Origin: Octopus vulgaris
Lineage: Eukaryota
DNA length: 64,000 nucleotides
Direction: 5' to 3'
Assembly (NCBI GenBank): GCA_951406725.2
Contig: OX597815.1
Span: 164,300,001-164,364,000, forward strand
This document shows, piece after piece, positions 41,399 to 54,808 of this stretch. Position 1 is the first letter of the stretch. Every line of letters starts with the position of its first letter. A model generated the notes under the pieces. It did not search any database. It saw only the letters and a program-made list of their open reading frames with translations, and was not told the origin of the DNA. The position numbers were made by a program, and so were the translations under genes.

Positions 41399-44300
41399 AT
41401 TATTAAAATCAACAATACCACCACCCTCCCCCTACCATCACCACCACTACCTTGAGGCCCGTCAGTGGCATTAACGGGGACCTACTCTGTTGAAAGAATT
41501 TGAACTAGGTTCCTTATGTGTGATCATTTGATGGGCTGTATCTTATTCCTGCGGCATATGAATCGGAGTTTGTTTCTATTTTTCCAACTGTCTTGGGGAC
41601 CTTGAAAAATGGCTTAGTTGGTGTCATTTCTCTTCTGATAATAATTAATTATCTTCGTCGGTTTCGATTAAGTGTATTAAGGCGTTCAATCAACTGAACG
41701 CCGTGCTCATTGATCTGGCGTTTCAGTAGCTGATCATTCTACAGACACGTGTACCTTTAACATAACTGTCAAACGGGGTCAATGTGACTCGTAACAAGGC
41801 TAACCATTTAAAATATTGATTCAATTTATCCAGTAGACGCCCACATAGTTTCCGATTATCCAATTTTACTCAAAAGGCTTGGTCTGACCAGATAATATGG
41901 TAAAAAAATAACTCTTCTCTAAGATTCTACGCAGAATGGCAGATTGGCTGAGAAATTTGCTTCGCAAACATGAGGTCGCACATTCTTCTTACAAAGCCAT
42001 GAGAAAATGTAATAACAATTTGGGGATCTGTTCAGTTCAGCGCACAGATTTTTTAATTAATTTTTTTAACTAAACAGTTTGAAACTTTGCATGCTGGTGG
42101 AATGTTTCACGCAGAACATGGTTTACTTTGAACATTTTTGACAAAATTTGGTATTCTAGAAGTTATTTTGTGTTAAAGTTGTCGTATTTGGGCAATTTCA
42201 ACTAATGAACTTCCGGGTCATCTCTACTAAATGTCACCACTCTATTCTATTCGTATGTCGAACGACGACGATGCCACTTTTATCCTTTCTTCCTTTCTAG
42301 TCAGCACCATACATTCCTTACTCTTTCCTTCCCTTCTATACTATCAACTAGTAACCAGCACACTTCCTAGCACACAGCCACGCCTGCATCTAGTTAGATT
42401 ACATTGGTTCTGAGCTGCAATTAGCAATTCTTCAGCCACCAACTTTAGAGGCAAGAAGATGTGGTTCTGTTATTTGTCGCGCTCTGATTTAATTAAGTGC
42501 CCTAATACTTGTCTTCATACACCTGTATATCTTCCAATAAGTTTGATAGTAATTTTGTCATGTCTCATATACCTTGGCGCGACAACTGTTGAGCATCCAA
42601 ATAGTATTGTGGCCGATTATCTCATCAAACTTTGCACAAACGAGCATCCATACCTCTTGATATTGCGCTTCAGAATGTATCTAGGTGCGATACATTGCTC
42701 TTGAGTCACAGTTATCGAGCTTTCGGCTGTCATCTTTGAAGCAAGAAGTATCTCTGCTCTTTGTTGCAGTCCAGTTTATTTAATCATTTTTAAAAAGTGT
42801 CTGGTGAGAAATTTCGTTTCCTATATAATAATTACTTTTGTCCTATGAGGGTAGAGTTGAAATGAAGACTAGAGGAGAGTGGGAAGTACTCAGGAAGAAT
42901 TTTTTTAAATGATAACAGAAAACATAACAAGAAGTCAAGCAGAAAGCATACAGGATGCCAGAAGGAAAGCTTACCACCATGGAGTCACTCGGTTTTACAG
43001 ACAGCCAGAAGGAAATGCATGCCTACGCAATTTAATGTTATACCTGGACGAAAAGAATCCAGATAATATGCTTCTTGGAGACGAGATTGAGGACCATTAC
43101 TAGCCAGCCAGAAAAGATAAACTCTTCATTTTTAAGATCATATTTACTATGAATTATTTCATATATTGTTTCCAGGTTATCGGACACTGCAGTGTTTGAC
43201 TTACCATCATCCCCTCTAAGTCCCCAACACTTTTTAATGTAGCAGATTGAAGTACGGAGAGCACAAGAGCTCAGTGTGGAATACTCTGATACAGCATATG
43301 TAGCACGTCTTCGCCTCTGTGTGTGTGACGGTTGCGTTTAAATAATAGTTTTTAATTATATGTGAGTTTTGTATAATTACCAACGTTTTTTTCTTTAATA
43401 TCAAATTTTAACATATCTTAATGTATTGTGTAATATGTCTTGTTTTTAAGTAACTTTGTAATACCCTTGGTAAGGATTTACTGCTGCGAAATGTCTAGTC
43501 TGTGGCCTCTGGCATGCACCTGCTCCTTTCTAAATTATCTTCTCCCTATGCACAGTTAGCACCAAACAATTTGACAGACAGAAAAATAGACAAACATTTT
43601 CATTTATGTTATCAAAACTACTCGAAAATGGCTCTGAAATCGTTAAATTAAAAGATGTAAATAGTATAAGCCAGAATTTCCCAAACATTTTTTCACAACA
43701 CCCATATAAAACATTTTGTTTCTCACTACCCATTTAGTTTTAACCCTTATAATATGAGAGTGTTGATTGTAATTGGACTTTAAATAAATGCAAACAGATT
43801 TATTATTATACTTATAAAGAGACGTTGTTTATTAATACAATTAGAATAAGAATAATTATGATAGCGATTAGATTAAAATAAAAAGCGGTTATTATTCATT
43901 AATGGGTATCTATTGTTAATGAACAGCAGTATATTTTGCAGTATTCTGTTTCAGCTTTGATAAAAGAAGTCGTAAATCTCCACGCTACATTATTTCCATT
44001 AGCTTTCTATTGATAGTCGAAATTTGGGTTGCCTCGCTTAAACCTTTCTCCCTTAAACACGATGAGGCAATAAAAACTATATTGGTTTCATTTCATAATA
44101 AAGGAAATCATACTACATTATGGTCATATTTCACACAAGCTTTGATTTCCAAAACTCAGCTTTACTTCGCCATTTTGTAACTCAATGATTGTCTCCTGCA
44201 ACTCATGTTTCTTTTTTTTTTTTTTCTTTGCTATTTAATACAAAAATGAATTCCTTGCGGTTCAGTTGCCTTGTGGCATATCTTGGTTGAAAGATGGCAG

Positions 44301-46668
44301 TCACTATTTTCAAGAAACGTGGTCATACGTAAAATTATGCATTCGAATATTAAAGTTGCTGCTTCAGCTGAATAGAAAGGTTAGATTCTCTGTAATCGTT
44401 TCCCGTCGCAGCAGGTTAATAAGGAAATACAACGATTTTTACCCTGAAGATATACATGACATAGATACAATGAATAGAATAAAGCATATGTGTTTTTAGC
44501 ACATGGATTTTATTTCTTATTTTAACTTTGTCATCAAATAGATTTTTGTTTTAATTAAATATTGTTTCCGTGTTAGCAACAATTTTAAGGATATATGCTT
44601 TTACATGTCGTCTTTTCAATACATTCAAAACATTTTATGCATCGTAAAATTACAAATAGAAATTAATTATTTATTCTTCTAAAAACACATATCACGGTAT
44701 TATTTATTGTTGCATATAATTTCAATTAGACATTCTATAGATAGATTTTTCCAATTTCATTTCAATTTATACTAGGTTTTTAATTTCTTTTTTTTTTTGT
44801 TACAAGATGCTATTTCGTTTGTATATTGCTTATTAATTTTTCTCCCTTATAAATTGTAGATATACCCACCATTATGTGCAAGCGGAAAAATGGTGATAAT
44901 GCTTCAAGTAATTACTACCAGTTTAATATATATGCATGTGTGTGCGTGTGAGTGTGTATGTGTGTGTGTGAGAGTGTATGTATATATATATGTGCGTGTG
45001 TGTGTGTGTGTGCATATAGATACATACATACATACGTACATACATATATAATATACATATGTACATACATACAAGCTCATACATATAAATATATATACAG
45101 AAACTAGAAACGAAGTTCTCCACTATAATATAAATTACGTGCGATGTGAATTTATTACTCTACTTCCCGTGTCTTTTCTAAGAAAATGTATTTTCTATGC
45201 TATCGAGTTATAGAGCTATGGAGGCGTCATGTCTAAAAGAACACTTTTCAAAAAATCACCCGGGGAAAATTTCGTGTAATGAGACAGCTACAAAAGATAA
45301 ATGAGTCATTTGAGCCCAACTGTAGGTATATTTAAAACAACGTAAACTAAAATCTCTTCGCCATGATTACTAGCTAACTGTAGAAAACTAGTTATTATTG
45401 AAGAGGCGTTAATAATCTGCTAAGTTCTTGAAGTTCTAACCATAGTCCTTAAAGTAGATAGTGATATTTTAAAATCATTTTCTTTTCTCTTTCTTTTTTT
45501 TATATCATTAGTAGCACAGCATTTCGCCAGATTGATTAAATGGAAGGGTATATAGGAAGATAGTTGTGCATGGAACTGCAAAAGAAAGATTTTAATATTC
45601 AGTTTGATTGAAATCTACGAGGCAATGAGATTATATTGATGGCCTCTGTGCATATTGTAAAAGACAGAAAAATCTAACAAGATATTCTTTTTGGTTTGGT
45701 ATATCATTAAAACAGAGACCGAACATAGGGGAAAATTCTCGAGGTATTTGTTCTGCGCTCAAATTCTGCCAATGTCAAATTTGTCGATGAAATAATATTC
45801 CGGTCTAGTACATGGTCTGACAGTATCCATCTACCCGCTCTCCTCACAACTGTTGGCTTTGTGCATAGATTCCAAACAACTGGCGGAATTATTCGAGCTT
45901 CGTATTTCTTCTGGCTCTACGTTTTTATTTTTCCCGACGGGGTTTAATATTGCATTTCATTTCATAAGACAAAGTACAAAGTTCTAGATTCAACACAATC
46001 GATTAAAACTTCTCCCCACAAATTACTGGTCTAGCACCTCTATTCGAAACAAGTATTTATATTAGATCAGAGGATTGGAAGAATAGTTAGAGCCTCGAAC
46101 AACATGCGTAGCCGTATTTTGTCCAACTTTTTAAGATCTAAGTTCAAATTCCACAGGGACTTTGCCTTTCATATCTCAAGAATCAATAACATATAGTATC
46201 AGTCAAGTACTGGAATCGATAGAGTCGATTTATTCCTTTTCCTCAAAATTATTAGCCTTATGCCTAAATTAGAAAAATTATGTTGTTGTTGTTGTTTTTG
46301 CTGCTGCTACTGCTGCTGCTGTTGTTGTTGTATTTCTCAGAGTATATAAGTTTCTATTAAGCATTACGTAGAATTATTATTTGTAGTTTTTATTCTTTAA
46401 TTATCTATTAAGCATAACATAGAATTTTTGTCTGCAGTTTTTGTTCTTTAGATATCCAGTGACGTCATAAATTTTAGCAAATAAATATCCTCATTTTCTA
46501 CATTAGGTTTTTTTATGTAGATTTCAAATTATCTAAAAATATGGAATTAAGATGATAGTTTTTATATTTTATTTTCATAAATTAAATTAGTTATTCAGTG
46601 ACGTCGCTTTTGGTTGAATGAATGAATGCCTAAAGTTAAATTTGGTTTGGTGTTTCCTTTTGTTAGCG

Positions 46669-48140
46669 TGGGGTACATGCTAGGCAGAGTGGAAGTAAAC
46701 AACCTGTTGTTTATGGATGACCTAAAGCTATTCGCTAAGACTGAGAAAGAAATTGAGAGTTTGACGGCAACTGTGCAGATGATTAGCAAAAATATTGGCA
46801 TGGAATTTGGGATCCAGAAATGTGATGTAATGATTCTCAAAAGGGGGGGAAACAGTAAAGGCCATGGGGCCAAAGTGGAAAGTGAGGAAATTATAAAAGA
46901 AGTTGGAGAGGGAGGATATAAGTATCTGGGTATCATTGAAAAAAATAAGATGAACGAACACAAGACGAAAGGAATGTACAGGGAAGAGTATTTGAGAACT
47001 CGGCTTGTGCTTCAATCGAAGCTAAATGGACGCTACAAGATTAGAGTAATTAACATGTGGGCGGTTGCTTTGGTGAGAGATGGAGCAGGAATAGTATCTT
47101 GGAAGAAGTATGAATTACAAGAGATAGTGCGAGAACACGTAAATTAATGACAATGAACAAGGAACTACACCTCAAGAATGATGTGTCAAGATTGTATGTA
47201 AAGAGGAAAGAAAGAAGGCGGGGACTGATGTGTTGTGAAGGTTGTGTAAGAGAAGAGGAGAATAGCCTAGCTTGGTATGTCAAGAATAAATGATTGAATC
47301 AGTGAAAATGCAGGGAACCTTAAACGTGAGCGAAGACGTAGATCCAACGCAATTTAAGAAAGACCATAGAGAGCAGATGAAGAAAATCTGGCAGGACAAG
47401 AAAATGCACAGCCAGTTCTTGAAGAATAAAGATGAGATTTATTGGAATAGAAACTGACAATGGTTGCAGAAAGAAGACTTAAAAGGGCCCACTGAGGCAT
47501 AAGTGTGCAGCGCTCAAGAACAAACTCCCAGAACAAACTACTCCAAATATCACATTGATAAAAGCACTGACTCGCTACAGTGTAGGATATGCTCTGAGAA
47601 GGGAGAAAGTATAAGTCATATTGTTAGTGAGTGCTGTAAGCTCGCACAACGCGAACACAAAAGGATACTCGACAATGTGGCTAGATATATCCACTGGCTA
47701 TGTACGGTAAGCAAACCTCGAGAGAGGCGAACAATGATATGAACACAAGCCAGAGGAAGTAATGGGAAACGAACATTACAAAATACTCTGGGATTTTAAC
47801 ATGCAGTCCGACCAAGTCATAAAGGCAGACGACCTGATATCGTGCTCATCTATAAAGATGAAAAAGAAGTTAAGATAATAGATGTTGCAATAGCAGGCGA
47901 TTCGAGGACGAACTGTAAAGAAACAGAAAAGACTGAGAAATACCAGCCACTGCAGGACGAGATAGGAAGGTTATGGGGCATAAGTAAAGTAATGGTGATA
48001 CCGGTGGTAATTGGAGCATTAGAAGCAGTTTCCAAGGGCTTTGAAAAACATATTAAGAATATTGGAGCCACTGTAGGTCGAGGTGATCCGGAAGACAGCA
48101 TTGCTGCGTAAGACTCGCATTCTAAGGAGTTATACAATAG
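46669..48140 (+). mobile_element. 5'-truncated R4/Dong-like LINE (RT C-terminal half, CCHC, restriction-like endonuclease)
   Basis: LLFMDDLKLFAK, GMEFGIQKC, YKYLGI, AQEQ, CRIC...SISHIVSEC, RPDIV...IIDVAI...KTEKY and VIPVVIGAL across stops and frameshifts. Confidence 0.9.
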
Positions 48141-48548
48141 CGTAACTCTCAGCTGGATGAATTAATGTCTAAAGTTAAATTTGGATTTGTGTTTCTTTTT
48201 CGTAGCGTTTTTTAACAGGTAAACTTTTTTTCAGGAGTTCAGTTAGAATTTCACCAATTTTGATTACCTTGATAACGTTGAGTTGACATAAATTTTCGTA
48301 CATACTATTATCAATTTTAATATTATTATGTATATGTGTGTGTGTATGTGCGTGTATGTGTGTCTGTATATATGAATATTCTTTTATTTTCTTTTACTTG
48401 TTTCATTCATTTGACTGCGGCCATGTTAGAGCACCGCCTTAAATATATATTTGTGTGTGTGTGCGTTAATGCAATTGAAACAATTCTAAGATTTGTAAGG
48501 TGTGTTCTAAAATAAAGATATGATTTTTCTTTGTACATATTATTGATA

Positions 48549-48634
<86 letters not shown>

Positions 48635-48660
48635 CATACATACATACATACATACATACA

Positions 48661-48692
<32 letters not shown>

Positions 48693-48760
48693 CATACATA
48701 CATACATACATACATACATACATACATACATACATAATGTGACAATTAGTTGGTTGTCAT

Positions 48761-48821
48761 AATAAAACTCAGAGTTTCGGATGCCGGGGCTGAAGTCTGC
48801 TCCGGCACCTCATCAGTTATT
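48761..48821 (-). ncRNA. Minimal type-I hammerhead ribozyme, apparently intact core
   Basis: Minus strand: AAUAA-CUGAUGA-GGUGCCGG(loop)CCGGCAUCC-GAAA-CUCUGAG-UU-UUAUU. Helix I AAUAA/UUAUU, GC-rich helix II, near-palindromic helix III, GUU cleavage triplet. Confidence 0.8.
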
Positions 48822-48841
48822 TCTCTGAGTTTTATTATGAC

Positions 48842-49436
48842 TCCACTCTAAACGCTTTGCAACGTTTGTTTTTCAAAACAGTGGTTTTCTAATTGCAGCC
48901 CTACCGTGAAATCCGACTTTGTGCAGCTCCCGGCAAACAGTTTTTGTGGAAACTGGGTTCTCGAGGTGGTCATTAAGCTCTGCACTAATGGGAGCTGTAC
49001 TTTTGTGATCCTTTCTAACAATTCACGTAAGAGTCCAACAGTCCCTATCTGAAAGTTTTGATTTTCTTCCAGAGTTTTGTTTCGACTAGGAGGTTTTGCC
49101 CTCTTTTACAAAGGCTGTCATTACTTTCGAGACAGTACTTCTTGATACACCAAACATTTCGGCGGTTTTAGTTACGCTAGCGCCTGCCATACGAGCACCA
49201 ACAATTTGACCTCTTAGAAAGTCCAATAGATCTGTCATTTTAATGAATTTTAATTACCTTTTTATGATGATATCTAAAAAGAAACAGCAATTTTAACAAA
49301 ACATATTAAGCAACACTAAACACTATCAGTAAATCAAAAAGAGTAAAAATAAACAAGCTTTTGAGGTTTTTATAGATATTTCAAAATTATGATGCTATGA
49401 TGCTAGGTGTTTCCATTATTTTGTCCAACCCTTGTA
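48842..49436 (-). mobile_element. Tc1 transposon 5' half
   Basis: RGQIVGARMAGASVTKTAEMFGVSRSTVSKV...VSTKTVCRELHKVGFHGRAAIRKP; terminal TACAAGGGTTGGACAAAATAATGGAAAC. Confidence 0.88.
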
Positions 49437-49517
49437 TATATGTGCGTGTCTGTGTGGGGGGTATTTATGTATGTATGTATGTATATATGTGTATATATAT
49501 GTGTGTGTGCGTGTGTG

Positions 49518-49559
<42 letters not shown>

Positions 49560-49563
<4 letters not shown>

Positions 49564-50201
49564 GTTGAAAAACAGATTAGAGATCTATACAAAACAAATT
49601 TTTATATATAAAAAAGATGGAGTGGAAATAGCTCCGAATTTAAGTCCCAAGACATTTCAGTTTAAGAGGGAATTTAATAAAAAAAATTATATAGCTAAAA
49701 ATATAAATATTACCGGTTTTGATGTATTTCATCTTATCAAATACTAGAAAAGATTTATAAAAATTTGAAACATTTGAAGTAGAAACAGTTTATCTTCTGT
49801 CTGGTGGCCAAGAACATGTCTGGAGGGTTTTTCGTTGAAGTCTTCATTAAATATAGTTTGGTGTAGAGTCCACAGTGTTAGAGAGTGAGAGAAGCGGTGT
49901 CTATTGTCTAAAAGAAATCTTTGTGTCCACCTGTGTCCGCGCGCATGTGTGTGTGTATTGTGTTGAATGTCCTTTTGATATGTTTTGAAAAATGACCAAC
50001 TGTGAGTTGATGGGTGTGTATGCTGTGAAGAATTTCTCTTGTTGAAAAAGGAATTAGGATTCTTCTTTGGGTTAGATGTATTCGTTTGATTGTCTCCGCC
50101 TGTGCGTATGTGCGTTTTTGTGGCTTTCTTTTTTGTGTATTTGTGTGTATGTGTGTGTGTATGTTTGTGTGTGAGTGTACGTGTGTGTGTTTGTAGGTGT
50201 A

Positions 50202-50258
<57 letters not shown>

Positions 50259-50599
50259 TTTGTGATGTTTTCTTTTTTGTGTATGTGTGTATGTTTGTGT
50301 GTGTGTCCTGGCATATATGTATATTGAAAAAAGATTTAGGAGATAATAGGAAGTATTTTTTTAAAATTATAATAACAAGCATAAACTTGTTTAAAATTAT
50401 TTTTAAGTGTCTCTTCTTATATAATAATTGAAGCTTATACTTTATTTACAATATTTACATTTGACGGATATTTGTCCTCATCTTGTTTGTGGTTAACACA
50501 GCGTTTCGGTTGATATACCCTCCAGCCCTCATCAGGCGTCTTGGGGGAAATTTCGAACCTGGGTTCTCATTCCTAAGGTATTTTTCGATGATGTTGTTG

Positions 50600-50686
<87 letters not shown>

Positions 50687-52320
50687 TCACTGCCTGGAAT
50701 CAAACTCGGAATCTTGGGGTTAGTAGCCCGCGCTCTTAACCACTACGCCATATGCCCTGATGAAGGCTGGGGGGTATATCAGCCGAAACGTTGTGTTAAC
50801 AACGAACAAGATGAGGACAAATATACGTAAAATGTAAATAATGTAAATAATGTAAATAATATACATAATTCCTAATCTCTTAAATACAGAACTGAAGTTT
50901 ATACTTGTTGATAAATTGTCTTTCTTTATTCAGTCTTTGTTGTTGATTGAAGGAATCTAAGCACTTGTGGAGGGGAAATAGTTTGAAATTAGGTAAGACC
51001 ATATCTTGCATAAGTTGCAATGTAGCTGTTTAAAGGAATTTTCCTTGTGCTTTTGTCTCAGATATGTGGCCGATGGGTGTCATTCTGTTGCATCCGATCC
51101 ACCTGTCTGACCTATGTAATTATGTTGACAACCGTTGCATGATCAGGTTTTCCGTGTTGCAGGTGAGATTGGACTTGACTTTGAAGATTTGGCCATCTTT
51201 AAATTTAAATTCTGGTTCCTCAGTTAGGCAAAGGCAAGTGCCGCAGCTTGTTCCCCCGTATTTTGTGACCGTTGGGTTGGAGGTTTCTTTATGTGTTTTT
51301 GCTCCAGTGAGAATGAGTTTTAGTGTTTTGCACTACCTTCTGGTTTTGATGATTTGTTGTTTTCCTAAGATTTTTCGCATTTTTTTATCTGCAAATAAGA
51401 TGAGGAGGTTTTTGTGGATGTGATCAAATATTTCGGTATTCCTGGGATTGAAGGTTGACACGAATGGTAAAATATTTTTCTTTCTTTCGTTTTTTTTTTT
51501 GTTTTTGTTTTGTTTTCCTAAGTTTATTGATATCCATTTGTTTCGCCTTGTTTATTCCGTTGATGATTATGCCAGGGGAGAAGGATCTTTGGATAAGTGT
51601 GTCCTTCAGTTCCTCTAGTCTTTGTCCACGTTTGGATGGTCCTGATACTATGGTACAGATTAGTTTTGCCAGATTGAAGAGAATGTTGAGTTTGGTGTGT
51701 TTCGGATGACATGATGTGCAAAGAAGCTACTGGTTGGAGTCGGTGGGTTTGTCGAATATGTCTGTTTCTGTTTTCCCATCTTGGTCTTTTTATTAGGATA
51801 TCTAGAAAGGCAAGTTGTTTTGGGTTAAACTCCATTTAATATTTCTATGTTTATTTTTTCAAAGGGGAAGTTTATAATGTATTCACGACCCATCGCCAAC
51901 AGATCCGAGACAAAAGCACAAGGAAAATTCCTTTAAGCAGACATATTGCAACCTGTACAAGAAATGGTCTTACCTAATTTACAAATATTTCCCCTCTGCA
52001 AGTGCTTAGATTCATTCAATCAACAACAAAGACTGTATAAAATCCAGTGCTTTATTTAGCCTTTTATTTGGGCAAAAGTTGCTTTTGTTTCTGGCTTGTG
52101 ATTCGTCCTCATCATTAGAGTTGTTGGTAAAGTTGTTGGTGGAGTCAACCTGAGTTTTCGGCAGAATTCTGCAATGTCATTTTTCAGTTAGGCGAAGTTT
52201 GATCTTTGTGGGTGTGGGTGTCAACTTCAGTCCCTTACTTAGATTGGGCGGGGGGGATGTCAGTTAATGGTTTTTTGAAAGGTTAATTAGCTTTGGTTTC
52301 TCGTGCGGAAGTTGGGTGCA
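49560..52320 (-). mobile_element. Fragmented Penelope-like element (RT thumb + GIY-YIG region) with internal inverted segment
   Basis: INLS...SKGLKLTPTP (~52230-52295); LAFLDILI...TDIFDKPTDS...SCHPKHTK (~51700-51830); Cys-rich linker CGTCLC...LTCNTENLI; 51906-52040 is an inverted copy of 50925-51060. Confidence 0.8.
50443..50894 (-). mobile_element. tRNA-headed, hammerhead-bearing non-autonomous element plus head-to-head inverted partial copy
   Basis: Minus 50757-50443: tRNA-like head, (AAT)n, CUGAUGA...GAAA motif, (TGTAAATAA)-like tail. Plus 50757-50894: second hammerhead core and tail. Flanks AAGCTTATACTT (50431) and AAGTTTATACTT (50895). Confidence 0.85.
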
Positions 52321-52907
52321 ATTTCAACTATATTTGTGTATGTATGTTTGTGTGTGTGTATACACTCGCTTTTTCTTTAACCTGAGACAGTAAATTGTGA
52401 CTTAACAACTGTGATTCAACAACTTTCATTTATCCCACAGTTATTTGTCGCTCCAATATTTCAGCGGCTTTTTATACTATGTAGGAGAAAGGCTTTCGTG
52501 TTGAACTGCAATTAAAATACTCTTCACTGTAAGTTTTGTAGTCTAGATATCATAACAACTGTTGTGGTCTAGGCATCATAACAACTGTTGTGTATTTTCT
52601 GTAGCTAATTCTCCTACGCCTTGTTACGTCAGGTAACAGACATGTCGTTGTTTTGCTTGTTATGGTAACAGCACGACATTTTGCAATTAGATTTTTCATT
52701 TTATGCATAATTATTTCTATTTAGGTTTCTGCATTCTTTTTACATCTGACTCTTACCTCGCTTTCTATTTTATATATTTACCGGACTCTGTGATGACGCA
52801 AAATACTACTTTATTTGTTTTTCTCCCATCTTTACTTTTCTGTACATAATTTTATAATTGTTTCCTACTACAGATTTTTCCTATTTCCCTGCGTTTGTGA
52901 TACATAC

Positions 52908-53009
<102 letters not shown>

Positions 53010-54645
53010 TATAGTTTCTGAGTAACTTTTGTATAATGTATTCTAAATGCAGTCATTATTTTCTTTATTTTCCTATCCTGGCCTTGCTAATTCACTTAGC
53101 TTTCTGTTGAGAATACTATGAGTGTAATTTATTACAGTAACAACTAAATTATTAATACCTTTTGCTTTATTTTTAGCATTTAGTTCTGTTTTAAGTATTA
53201 ATCTAATGCATTTTTAATACTGTTTCTCGGCCTTTTTCTTTCATTTGTTTGTATTGTACTTAGTCCTGTTCATTGATTTCTAAGTGTCTGTAACTATGTC
53301 CTTGGTCTAATTATTTTATCGCAGTTTCTTTATCTAACATTACATTATTGTTTTGTTTTGTTTTTTTCTTTGTTGTTAGTTTTTTATACTATGTGTTGCT
53401 GGTGCATTTTCGGCGCCGAATTTCCTACCAAATTTTCTCACTGAATTTGTATATTGTATGAAATGGAATGTTCGGTTAATTAACATTGCCAGTACACAAC
53501 ATAGTATCACCTATATACAGAAAATGATTGATTGTCTATTTATGAGATGATGGCTTGTAACATTTAATCTGGTGCTATGGCAGCTAAAGGTGTCAGCATT
53601 TGTCAGAAAAGGAATGGTGAAAGGGGGTCTTTTGGAATATTATTTTTCTGATAAGGATCAGATTCGGTTTTACAATTTGCTCTTTCGCTTGGATTTGTAA
53701 GATTTCCTTCATTTATTTGTAGCATACTTTATCCGCTTGTCATTGGCGTTACCTTGTACATACTACTGATGCCGGAATCCTTGAATGGACTGGACAATGT
53801 GTAAGGCTATAAGCCTTTGCATGATTTCTATGTTTTTTTTTTTTCATTTTTCATCGTTATAAATCATAACCATTGCATTAATTATTTCTAGCATCGCTCT
53901 TACTCCCAAATTTCTTATTTCTCATTAAAGATTCTTCAACTTTGAGACTTTGCTAACTTCTTTGTATGTCTATTAGAGAGAACTAAGACATTTACGCTGC
54001 TGCATAAATTTATTGTCTGTCGTTGATTACAATTTCAAAACAGTTATTTTAATTTCGTAGCTATACTTGTCTGGCAAGCAGTTACAGAATGGAAAATTCA
54101 TTGTAGCCATTAAAAAAAAAACATAAGAACTGTTAACGTCATTTAACCATTTACCAATGAGTTTTCCATTTTGTAATTAATTTAGTCTCTTTGTATGTCT
54201 AAACAAATATGACCACGGCCATCGTAGCTAAATCATTGTCCTGACTTTAATATCTGCATAACCACTTGTTTTAGATATTCTCGCTGAAGCAGCCAGTAGA
54301 CTAACTAATATATCTACTGCTGCAAGAATTAGGCCGCCAGATATTGTATAGTCAATGTCTCCTTTCTATGCACATATTGCGTATTATGTAGTTGACATTA
54401 ACTCCTTGTTTCATTATTGTTTTATTATTTATGCCCCAGTACAGCTAAAATTAAGCCTTCAGTTTCTGACTTAAGTGCAGATGCTTTGAACAATTATCAT
54501 CTTTTACACATAAACTTACTTCCTTCGATTCTGTTGTAACGTGGGATATTCGCTGTGCAGATTTTTTTTTATTCCATCTTTGTATCAAGCTCATTAAAAC
54601 ATATTCACGTTAAAGTATAAGAATGTCAAATATGTTTTCAGCATA

Positions 54646-54808
54646 TAGGTGCAGGAGTGGCTGTGTGGTAAGTAGCTTGCTTACCAACCACATGGTTCCG
54701 GGTTCATTCCCACTTCGTGTCACTTCCTCGGTATTTCGGCAAAAAAATATGTTGGGTTTTGGGGGATTTTCTTTTCCTTTTTCTTTTTTCGAAATACCGA
54801 GGAAGTGA
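54646..54808 (+). repeat. SINE A head fragment fused to an 18-bp perfect inverted repeat
   Basis: CACTTCCTCGGTATTTCG (54721-54738) and CGAAATACCGAGGAAGTG (54790-54807). Confidence 0.8.

Noticed and set aside
53400-54600. Possible very old LINE relic on the minus strand
   Set aside because: Only vague motif echoes; no frame could be reconstructed by eye.
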